Shown here in pieces: positions 39,601-51,600 of a DNA stretch of 64,000 nt. The notes under the pieces are model-generated. The model was not told where the DNA came from, did not search any database, and worked only from the letters and a program-made list of their open reading frames with translations. The position numbers and the translations under genes are program-made. Position 1 is the stretch's first letter; each line of letters opens with the position of its first letter. The DNA is from Phoronis australis (taxonomy: Eukaryota; Animalia; Phoronida): assembly GCA_002633005.1 (NCBI GenBank), contig NMRA01000197.1, positions 315,418-379,417 on the forward strand. The letters are read 5' to 3'.

Positions 39601-42600
39601 CACTTCATTAGTTACACACAAATGGACACTTAATGCGGGCACATATTGCTGGCACTTAATGCTGACACTTAATGCTGGCACTTAATGCTGACACTTAATG
39701 CTGACACTTAATGCTGACAATTTATGCTGACACTTAAAGGCGAAGGCAACCCTTTTTCATGTCATTTTGAGCTAAAATAAGGTTGGTTGGTTATCCTAGA
39801 CATATTTTCCACGTAATTACAGCGTAATTTTATTAATTACTCGTCCTCTACTCCGGAAGTGACATTTTAGGAGGCAAGCGTTTCCCGCCACTTGGTTTTG
39901 CGTTGAGTTTACCGTGCGAATCTGTTCTATTCTACTTTTGTTTTGTGCTGTTTTTCAACAATTGTCGTCACCACTTTCCATCGGCGAGTATTCTGCGGCA
40001 AGATAGGTTAGTAGAGAACACAAATACCTTGGATTTAGGGATTGTTTAGTGTGTTGTAAGCTGAAAATGGCTGGAGTCGGTGACCCGTATCACAGTGACA
40101 GTAGTGTGAATGACGGAGACCTTGGTCACAGCAGTGGTGACGAGGAATTTTTTCACGGACATTCAGTGGGTGGTTACATGTTTGAGTATAACGAGGCAAA
40201 GTACGCACAGGCACAGGCAGCTGTTGAGAGAAACGAGGCGGCTACTGAGGACAGACGTGGTGACACATCTTGGTGCAAATGCACTGTGTGCGTTGTTATG
40301 TCTGTTCAGAGTTCGACGAGGCCAAGCCACTACTGGATACGGTTAAGTGGACCTCCGGCATACCACGGACAGAGGAACAACTGTCCCACTTGCCAGAGTG
40401 TCCCGCGACACACTCCCACTGGATGGTGACCTGAGAACCCAAACTGCTTACATCGTGTCGTGTGACTCCCTCGCCACACACCTGGCACCTTCTAAATAGC
40501 TCCAACACTTTAGACAAGTCCACAATAAACTTATCAAAGTTTGGCTCACCGATCTGTTCACTGGACGACGAACTGTCCTCTTCACTGGGTGTCGAACTGG
40601 GCCTGTAATCACTCCCACTACTCAATATCGCTGCAGGGCTGCTTAGAGGCTCTGGGCTGGAGAAAACAGCACAGGGCGAATCACTACTGGTTCCAGGAAT
40701 TGCACGCTCTGGGGTACGTTCGGAGGCACGGGTGACAGTGGATGAAGTGCCTCCACTGGCTCCAGTCACTGTACTGGCCACAGCTCGCGAGGCTTCTCTC
40801 TTCAAAAACGCACTTCTCGGGGGTGGCGACGGGGCACTGCCGGGAATCAACACAGACGGAATGGCATCCTTCTTCAGGCGTTGTTTCGCAGGGACCTTCA
40901 TCAGTTCAGCGTACAAATCCCTTTCGTAATCGGACGGCAGAAAGTGCTTGCCACACACACGGTAATTCTCGACTGCTTTGTACGTTGCGTGGACGGGTAA
41001 CGCTGCGTTCTTCACACGAACGAGCCAAGTACGGCGAAGTGTGTCATCCATCGGAAAGCGATGCTAAGGTACTCCCAAAGCGCGCGTGAGACGATAATTA
41101 GTACATCCCGGTACGCAGCAACAGTGTGGCATGTTGACTGACTAGTAAATGAAAGCAAACGACGACGTAACTTAACACAACCGAGGTAGAACAATGACTG
41201 ACTCAGCAGCTCTCACAGTCAGACTATATGAAAAGAAATTGGCGCGAAATGCTTGCCTCCTAAAACGTCACTTCTGGAGTAGCGGACGAGTAATTAACAA
41301 AATTACGAAAAGCTGTAATTAAGTGAAAAATATGTCTAGGATAACCAACCAACCTTATTTTAGCTCAAAATGACACGAAAAAGGGTTGCCTTTGCCTTTA
41401 ATGCTGACACTTAATGCTGACACTTAATGCTGACACTTAATGCTGACACTAAATGAATGCTGGCACTTATTGCTGGCACTTAATGCTGACACTTAATGCT
41501 GACACTTAATGCTGGCACTTAATGCTGGCACTTAATGCTGGCACTTAATGTTGGCACTTAATGCTGGCACTTAATGCTGGCACTTAATGCTGACACTTAA
41601 TGCTGACACTTAATGCTGACACTTAATGCTGACACTTTATGTTGACACTTAATGCTGACACTTTATGCTGACACTTTATGCTGACACTTAATGAATGCTG
41701 GCACTTAATGCTGACACTTAATGCTGGTACTTATTGCTGGCACTTAATGCCGACACTCAAGAAGTTACGAAAGAGACAACACCAACAGTATTAGTGTTTA
41801 TTTATCATAAGTGTTTGAGCCAGGTCGACATTCCTCAAGCTTCATCGATGTCATGACAAAAACACAGAAATAAACCAGGCAAAATATAGCTCTAAAATGT
41901 CAGCCAATTTTTTTTCCTAACATTTGTGAAAACCAATTGATGTAAAACTTACCTTGAACAGCATGAGAGCTCCCATCACAAAAGGATTAAACACAGTCAG
42001 GAAACAATACACAGTGGATGGATCAAAACTGAAAACAAATGAAAGCCAATGACATCATAGCACCAGCAGAAAGAAAGTCTACATTTTTGATCCAAATTTC
42101 ATACTCATGTCTTTTTGTTTATAGTTTCTCATGTTGGCGGAGATCAAGTGCCAGAGTTCAATCTGTGTACTCGAAACTTGACTTGAAAATTGACCAATCA
42201 CATGTCAAGCTTCAAGTAAACTTGCTAAGTTGTACTCGAACCACAAAGCGTGATTGGACAAATTTCATGCGGCATTCGAACTGAATCTGGGTTCGGAGAT
42301 TAGACCTAGGACCCAGATCTGCATCTAGAATGATGAGTAACGACAGTAATTATCTCCCATGACGGGTCATTCGCTATCGTTATTGCCTGTCATGATGGGG
42401 AAAGAAAATTTTATACAATTATTTGTAGTCACTGCAATAATCCCTGAACAATATAGTCCACAACAGAGTTCTGAGGGGAACATCTTAAAGCATTTCACAC
42501 TCATTTGCATATGAGATATTCCAAGATGGGACTGATTACATTAAGAGCCCAAGTGCCAAACAATTACAACAGATGTCGCCAGTGGTTACTGCAGTAGTTA

Positions 42601-45600
42601 AAGTTGGCCAGTTACTCGGATAACATGCTTATATAGTGGCAACAAATTACAGATGACTTATCAGTTAAAGGAGACATAGATAAACGTTCTCAATCAATTA
42701 AAGGACCCAGGAACTCACCTATGTTATGGGGCCAAAAACAATCCATTTTTACACAGAAAGTAGCTTCATAACAGCTTCAACACAAGTTACAAAATTATAA
42801 AAACAAAATTTCTGTGTCAAGGAGAAAAACATTCCACTAAACAATGTACAACATTTAATTCTCATCAGTTTATTCTCAGCAGACAACAATTTGTTAGATT
42901 GATGATCTACACAAAAATCTATTTAGGACCCAATATTGCAGAAATGGAGTTGAAATTTATTTTCCTTTTTTCATGAATAATTAGTTGCAAAGTAATGCTG
43001 AACCATTTCAATTTCAGAGCCATATTCTCCTGTAACACAATGTCTTGGACAATTTCTGACACACGTAACAATGTTAGACACATGAAAAAATAAAATTAGA
43101 CGTCAACTTTGTAATTATTTTCGTCCAGAATTGGTTTCATTTTGCTGTAATTAATAATAATCGACAAGATACCTATTATATTACCTGTTTATACTTGCAA
43201 TATTGCCCGTGCCGAAGAATGCTGTGTTGATGAGATACACGAAGATGTAGCAGCAGCGCACGTCAGTCAACACAAGATGGCGCTCTTCATCGAACAGAGA
43301 TTGAGAGTCCAGGAAGTCTGCTACTTCAAGCTGAGGTAAATTGGGCCAGTGTATTAATTGCTTGCACTGAATCAGTAGGTGACACGCAGGTTTGAACAGT
43401 GATGCAACAAGTGGTTGAAACTTTATTCATTCACCAAAAGGGGGCAGATGTAGTATCTAACCATTGCCAAGCTCACTACACTTATATTATGTGCACTATG
43501 GTTCACAACAGACATGTCAGAAAACAAAACCCACTACAGTGTGATTGCCCATAACCCTGATTGCTGCTAGACAATCGTGCTAGACAATCGTGCTACACAA
43601 TCGCGCTAGACAATCCTGCTAGACAATCCTGCTCGACAATCCTGCTAGACAATCCTGCAAGACAATCCTGCTCGACAATCCTGCTCGACAATCCTGCTCG
43701 ACAATCCTGCTAGACAATCCTATTGTGTTATTTACACCCCCATGCCCAAATCACTGCTCAGAGATGGGTCAGTCGGAAGGCAAACTGTTATTTCTCCTCT
43801 CTACATAGTCAGGAATCACTGATTATTGCAGTCATCTGTAGCATTCACGACTGAAAAAATATTTTTCATCAGGTACAAAATAAAACGTTTTGAGTCGCCC
43901 GAGTATTTCATGGTTGGTTGCATGAGTGCAAAATAATAAATTCATGCCACGCACTGCGGCTACGTTTTTGCGCTAAAATAAAAGTGCAGTAAAGCACAGT
44001 AACATGTTGTCATGCACCTCACATTAACATCTAAAATGGAATGAAAAGGCTAATTACAAAAACAGAACTATGCCCTCCACCGAGCACGACAAAAAAAATG
44101 GCAACAGCATATCATCTTTACAACATTCTGTTGCTAGCATTTGCCGTTGTGCTTGGGCCATTGTCACAGTATCCTAGATCTGTCAATCACAGTATCCTAG
44201 ATCTGTCAATCATTAATAACACTATCTTAGATCTGTCAATCATAAATAATATAATTCTCTTATTTAGTACACACTATGGCTGAAAAGAGAAATTTCATTC
44301 CGTCAAACTTCTTGACAAACATACAAAGTAATAAAATGTAAGTCTTTTATTAGCATGGGGATTGAGTTATACTCAATAGATGTCATACAATCCCATTGGG
44401 AAATTTTACATTATTTGCATTAGGCAATCAGCATTGCAAAAAACAATTTTGGTAATTATTGCGCGTAAAATAAGTGAAGAATTACTGCTGCAGCCTTTGA
44501 AAGGCAAACAAAATGATATTTTACATTTCCATCCCGAGCTGTTAAAGGTCTGACAAGTTAAAATACAGACCTTGCGAGTTGTCCGTGTAAAGCTATGCTC
44601 AAGCCAGAGCCACAGGATGAGTAAACAGGCTAAAGCTAGGTAAAATAGTCCCTCATGGCTGAATAGTAAAGTTAAGGAAATTCACAGACCTTGAGCATGC
44701 AACAGCTTTGTTCCAATGAAATCAATGCAATTTGCATTTCGTTATGACGAGAGCTCAATTCGTTTTACAAACAGCTGGCAACACTCAACAGGCTCTATTA
44801 TTCACACACCTCCACTTCCAGTTCTTCTTTATTTCAAACATTGGAAAACGACCGATTTCTGTATGAAGAAGGGCGAGGTAGGGGGTTCATATGTAACCCA
44901 CCAAGTGTGTGAGAAGGAAAGAAATAAGGGATGCTTGTTTTTTCAAATCCATGGTAGTCAAATCCATGGTAGTCAAATGCATGGTAGTCAAATCCATGGT
45001 AGTCAAATCCATGGTAGTCAAATTCATGGTAGTCAAATGCATGGTAGTCAAATCCATGATAGTCAAATCCATGGTAGTCAAATTCATGGTAGTCAAATCC
45101 ATGGTAGTCAAATCCATGGTAGTCAAATCCATTCGAAAATCAACATGATGACCTCATTATGCACACATAGATCAAACTTCATGAACATCAATCAAAGATG
45201 ATGTCTACGAAATAGTTATGTTTCACTTGCAGTTTTGAATTTGGTGTCGCGTGAAAACGTAATAAGCTAGCGTGACAAAAGTAAAAAATTTTTAATAAAG
45301 GATACACCAAATTTTATTTTACAACGTTTCAAAAACACATTATTTTTCAAAGGGGTGAAGGTGCAACGATTTGAATCTTGGAATGTTCATTTGGTAAACT
45401 AGATATATGTGAACTTATAAATATGATCCTTAGACAAGAAAACTTCATCTCCTACTGACAAGTTTCAGCAGCTAAGAAATCTCCATACATTAAACTCCTG
45501 TTTAGTTTGTATTCCACACTATACCAGGTTTTCAGAGGCCTGATATCAATCTTTCTTTTGTTAATCGCCAGCTTGTCTTTTGTCCAATGTCATGATGCAA

Positions 45601-48600
45601 ACACCAATAATATACCCCGCTGAATGAATACATTAAAGGCGAAGGCAACCTTTTTCCATGTCATTTTGAGCTAAAATAAGGTTGGTTGGTTATCCTAGAC
45701 ATATTTTTCACTTAATTACAGCTTTTCGTAATTTTATTAATTATTCGTCCGCTTTTCCGGAAGTGACGTTTTAGGAGGCAAGCGCTTCCCGCCAATTTCT
45801 TTTCACATAGTCTGACTGTGAGAGCTGCCGAGTCAGTCATTGTTCTACCTCGGTTGTGTTAAGTTCCGTCGTCGTTCGCTTTCATTTACTAGTCAGTCAA
45901 CATGCCACACTGTTTCTGCGTACCGGGATGTAGTAATTATCGGCTCACGCGCGCTTTGGGAGTGCCTTTGCATCGCTTTCCGATGGATGACACANNNNNN
46001 NNNNNNNNNNNNNNNNNNNNNNNNNNNNNNNNNNNNNNNNNNNNNNNNNNNNNNNNNNNNNNNNNNNNNNNNNNNNNNNNNNNNNNNNNNNNNNNNNNNN
46101 NNNNNNNNNNNNNNNNNNNNNNNNNNNNNNNNNNNNNNNNNNNNNNNNNNNNNNNNNNNNNNNNNNNNNNNNNNNNNNNNNNNNNNNNNNNNNNNNNNNN
46201 NNNNNNNNNNNNNNNNNNNNNNNNNNNNNNNNNNNNNNNNNNNNNNNNNNNNNNNNNNNNNNNNNNNNNNNNNNNNNNNNNNNNNNNNNNNNNNNNNNNN
46301 NNNNNNNNNNNNNNNNNNNNNNNNNNNNNNNNNNNNNNNNNNNNNNNNNNNNNNNNNNNNNNNNNNNNNNNNNACTCCAGCCATTTTCAGCTTACAACAC
46401 ACTAAACAATCCCTAAATCCAACGCAGTTGAGTTCTCTACTAACCTATCTTGCCGCAGAATACTCGCCGATGGAAAGTGGTGGCGACAATTGGTGAAAAA
46501 TAGCACAAAACAAAAGTAGAATAGAACAGATTCGCACAGTAAGCTCAACGCAAAACCAAGTGGCGGGAAGCGCTTGCCTCCTAAAACGTCACTTCCGGAA
46601 AAGCGGACGAGTAATTAATAAAATTACGAAAAGCTGTAATTAAGTGAAAAATATGTCTAGGATAACCAACCAACCTTATTTTAGCTCAAAATGACATGGA
46701 AAAGGGTTGCCTTCGCCTTTAATGTAAACATGCATTGACTCAAAACTGTTGTTAACAAATAAAAGTCCATCACACCGTTTTAGCCAATTTTTCTTGTATT
46801 TCTTCAGCGAAAGAAGGATTCTTCACTTAGCTTTTCACAAGGAACTCAATTTTAGGAGCCAAACATCTTAAAATAATACCAGTTTCGATCCTTAACATTT
46901 CAATTTACTTTAGCCAGTATTTGATTGCCATGAAGACATTGCTTATCTGATAATTGCCCTGTACAACACAATCGGAGCTTAGATCAACTTTTGTGATAAC
47001 AAGGGCAGACGGTGACACAAGTTTTCCCAGCTGATAGAAAAGCATCGTCCAACAACAAGATACCACTGAAAGGCCTGGTTTCCTAATGTCCACACAAGAC
47101 TTCATTATGAGCTATTCCAATCGCAACTAGCAAACATATTTATACTTTTAATATTTCAAATATTACACGATAAACACAACATTAACATGCGAGGAGCCCA
47201 TTATGTCCAAAGGATACGAGGTACTGAGAAGAAGGTAAGGCGATAGTAGCGATAGTGAAATGTTGAGCAGGCGCGTAACAACGCGGGATTCGCTGAACAG
47301 TGGCAGACACACAGACACACCTGTAACAGTCACAAAGGTAAGTCATTAAAAAGTGGTTAGCAATCCGCCTTCCATCACAAAAACTGGGAAAAAGTCGAAG
47401 AAAACTTTTGATTTAGATCACTTACTGTCAAAGAGTTTCTTACTGAAATTATAGGTCAGTTTACAGAACTTCCCGATACAAGTTGAAGATCAAGTATCAT
47501 TTAGCAGCATTTCAAAATAATTTTCAGCGCTAAAAGAAGCAAAGTGAAAGCAGAATGAAAGGTTTGCAAACTGTTAAAACGAATTGATCTAGTATACGCA
47601 CATTCATGGACAGTATCAGCTTGAGGTAAATTAGCAAATCACAAATAACAAGTCAAAGCAATTGAGTACAATTCACTTTGTAACAGCTTCATCATAGACT
47701 CATGTATATAAACCTAATGTAAGCCAGCTGATATTCAGGCTTCATTATAGACTCATGTATATAAACCTAATGTAAGCCAGCTGATATACTGGTTGATTGC
47801 AGGAAGTCCCTGCTTGGCTCCTATACTGGTGGCAGTGGAGAGCACTAGAAACACAGATGTGCAGAGTAGGAAAATCTGAAAGAAATAAAAAATCCAAAGT
47901 TTCAAGAAGAATGTAAAGCAACACGACTTCAAAAAAACCTGACGAAGTTCCATTGAGTCAAATATTGACGAAATTTTGAAACAAAGACTTTCAGCTTAGT
48001 TCTAAAATATTTTGTGTAATTTTTGTTTGGTATCCTTCAAGTCTGTTGCCATTACTTTGGTGAAACTAAATTTTGGTAAGTGAACCTCATTTTGGAAACA
48101 ACTGTACAAAACATTGATTAAATCCAACTTGACATACTGAGTAAACAGAACTAGCAGTGATTTATTCCTGTGTTGCGTACCTCGTTATTTTTCCTTATGC
48201 AGTGCGTTTGCAATGCACTCATTTTTGATCCATCGACAAAACTTATAGACAAAAAGAGAAAAGCCCTTATTTAACATCACCAAAATTCCTACAATAAACT
48301 GTTGTTTTGTCCTTGAACTCTCACACAAGACACAATCCAGTAGCAACACTAGAACATCAATATGCTACTAGGAATACTCACCTGAAACAAAGTGAGACCA
48401 AGAACTAGTTGAGATCGTTTAGTTCTCCCTTGGACCACACTGTGGCACTCAGGTCTGCGGATGCACCACACAGCCAACACTATGGCCAAACAGCCAGCTA
48501 AAGAGCTGAAAATGAGCACATCTTAGTTTAAACCAAATAGTGGCTTTCCACTAAGGACTAAATGATGTCAGCAACGATTGTCTCACACTAAAGATCATGG

Positions 48601-51600
48601 ACAAAGAGGTTGAAATGCATACTTTTAGGTATGACATATGAGATAGAAAACAAAATAGATGCCAAACATTTTAAGTCTGGTCAGCACGCCATCTGTTGGC
48701 CACATCACATGACCTAATGACTATAAGGGATGACACCAGACGTCAGAGCTTCCGAAGCCAAGAAACCATTTTTAAGAATACGTAGAGCCTTATTGACGTG
48801 ACTGCATACTTAGCCGTGTCTTTTTAGTAAAACTTTAATAGTCAAAAAGAAACTTAAGGTACATTGGCAGCAAAACAACAGTATCAATATTATGATCAAA
48901 TTTTATTTGATATAAATGTAATCTCAAACAGAATTTTTGTTACAGTGTTATAAATTACTATTCCGTTTCTGTTTTACGCAGCTTTTGATTTTTTTCACGA
49001 ATATCATAAAAGTGCTATTTTTGATACCCCCTCATGCAAAAGAGGAACATTTTAAAAAATTATCATTACAATTTTGGAGAACAGTGCATAAATCCTAGTT
49101 TCATATGAATCCTATTAGCCATTTCTGAGATTTAATGTTCTGAAATTAGCCAAGTTTAGACATTTTTCTAGGGTCATACATAACTTTAATTTCCTGATTG
49201 TGAAGTTCTAGCCTGAACAGCAAAATTTACCAACTAAATTGGACAAGGATTGACCGAGTTGCATCAATTAATAAATTTAAACACTACACATCTAAACAAG
49301 TCTCTCCTTACACTAGAGAATAGTTGGCTCTTCTGCCAACAACAGGCAACAACGGAAACACCGCCAACATTACACAAGACACTCCCCAACCATACACTGC
49401 CACCTGTGAACAGATCAGACATATACTGCCACCTGTGAACAGATCAGACATATACTGCCACCTGTGGACAGATCAGACATATTTTGGAACATTTTTGTCT
49501 GAAATGTAAACTCAATCATATGATTGAAAATTATTGAGAATACAACTAGGCTTTCTGCAGCAATGGATAACAGATACAGCAATCTGCCATATTCATTTCG
49601 TAATGAGCAGCAATGGATAACAGATACAGCCCTCTGCCATATTCATTTCGTAATGAGCAGTTGTTTAAAGCCATACAAAACTAACAAGGTGAGTCTAGTG
49701 AATGTAAATGATTAAGAAGTCACTGATAAGTGAAACTATATAATAAATGACTGACAGATTAATTGTTTAGATCTTTAAGAACTATTTTACTTTTAGTCTT
49801 GTAACGCCGCTGACACACTGACAATAAATGGGACTTATCTCCCCCACTTGCCCATGGTTGACTGAGGTCACAACCCAACATGTTGGATGAACCCGCCACT
49901 GTGAGTGAGAACATCTCGCATCAAACATCATAGGATAATAAACACCTTAGTTATCAGAACACTAAGGACTAAAGATGAAAAACACATGCATTCCGAAGAA
50001 TGTATTTTGACTGAGCCATAATAGAAGAAGCCAAAAGTGTAACAATCACCCACTTAACTGATTGTTGGCTTCTCCAGAGGTTGTGGATCACGTGGTAAAT
50101 TTCCTGTGCTTTTTGAAAATATGATAACTACATTCTTATTGGAGATGTGTTTTGCCCAGTTTAGCTGGCGATAAAAACTGAAAATTGAATTAGGGATTTT
50201 ACTCTTGTAAAATTATTCTCTTAATATTCCTTACTGTAACAGAATTCCCCTTCTCTTACCAAATCAAATCACAGGCAATGTGCAAATGCTAAATTTTTTT
50301 AATTCATATTTTTGTAGGATTGGCCAACCCTAATAAACTCTGAACCCTTTTCTTGACTCATTGATCAATTTGATGTTCTAGTGCATAACAGAAATAGAGG
50401 GCTATCAAGGTGAGGGATGAAACCAATTTTATGAGAGAAAAAGACCCAACTCAATTTTCATTTTTAGCTAGCTACGAACAGGGCAAACTGCAGCTTTAAA
50501 CAATGACTAGAAAGCAGTCCGAAATTTATGAAATAGTCAACTTCATACGTTTTTATATCAAAGTGACAGTGTGCATTTAGTCATTCAAGAAAGAGATCTT
50601 TACATGGGATGAAAACTAAATACAGAATTATTTAGATGCATTTTCAAGTTTTTTAAATAGTATTTTGCAAGCTCAGCAATAAAGAGAACAAAATCTGAGT
50701 AAACAGAAACCTAAACTTTGATACAACTACACTTGTATGATGTTTGGTCATGAATGAGAATTCTTGAATTTTAGCATTTTTTGTAGGTTGAAAATCTGTC
50801 AGATACGATGCATTGCGTTCAAGTAGACAATTGTCTAACTGTCCGATCGTACAAGTAGACACAGGTAAAACGCAGCTGTGACATCAGCAAATCTTTACAA
50901 AATTCAATTTTTATTTTAGGAAATACTTTGTACTTGTCTAACTGCTCATTCCTTACTTTCTGGTGAGTCCACTGAGTGTAGAAAAATGGCCACGCTGCCA
51001 TAGCAACAAGACCGAGAGATAGCAGTTCACGGTGAAAGAAGCTCATTGCTAAGATTTCCAGTCCCATCACCGATGTAACACAAAGAATGAACACCATTAG
51101 AGGGCGCTGGAGAACATGAGACCATAAGCAGGAAAATACATGCCGTCTGTAATAGATTTAAAGAATTTGTTTTCATTTCTGATCAGTGACAAAATGCACT
51201 TATTCAGAGTAATTCAACTGGCTGCCATTAAAGAAAGCCAACAAATCTGAACATGTAACAGACAAGCAGTATGCGTGCACCCAGAAGGGGCTCAGGGGGC
51301 TCGAATGAGCCCCCCCCCCAATTTGGCGAAGAGGGCAAAAAGGTCCGCCACAGAGAAACAAAAAGTCTTAGAAAACGAGACAAAAGTACACAGGAATTCA
51401 GCGCAAATGCACAATTCATAGGTCTGAACGTAGTACCCCGTTTTTTTAGACCCCGTTCTTTTTTTCAGTTAAGTGTCCACATACTGAAAAATTCGAGCCC
51501 CTCTATATTTTAGGATGGGTGCGCGCATGAACAGATAATATATCTCTACAGCAACGAAAAGTTTGTCTTGTTTGAAACACTCATTTCACATTTAGTCTCA

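Larger units (their letters stand above)
39738..41397 (-). mobile_element. Kolobok copy 2 (1660 bp), inverted relative to copy 1, inserted in a 13-bp minisatellite in a PIGN intron
   Basis: TTAA at 39734-39737 and 41398-41401; same TIRs and same internal junction as copy 1. Confidence 0.9.
39626..41757. repeat. 13-bp minisatellite (GCTGACACTTAAT) split by Kolobok copy 2 into 39626-39737 and 41398-41757
   Basis: Units continue in register on both sides of the insertion. Confidence 0.92.
44659..47217 (-). other. U12-type (minor spliceosome) GT-AG intron of PIGN
   Basis: 5' end GTATCCTTT; branch site TTTCCTTAAC at 44671-44680, ending 12 nt from the exon; no long pyrimidine tract. Confidence 0.92.

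Noticed and set aside
44716-45201. QIHGS and MDLTT repeat ORFs
   Set aside because: Artefacts of the 15-bp minisatellite
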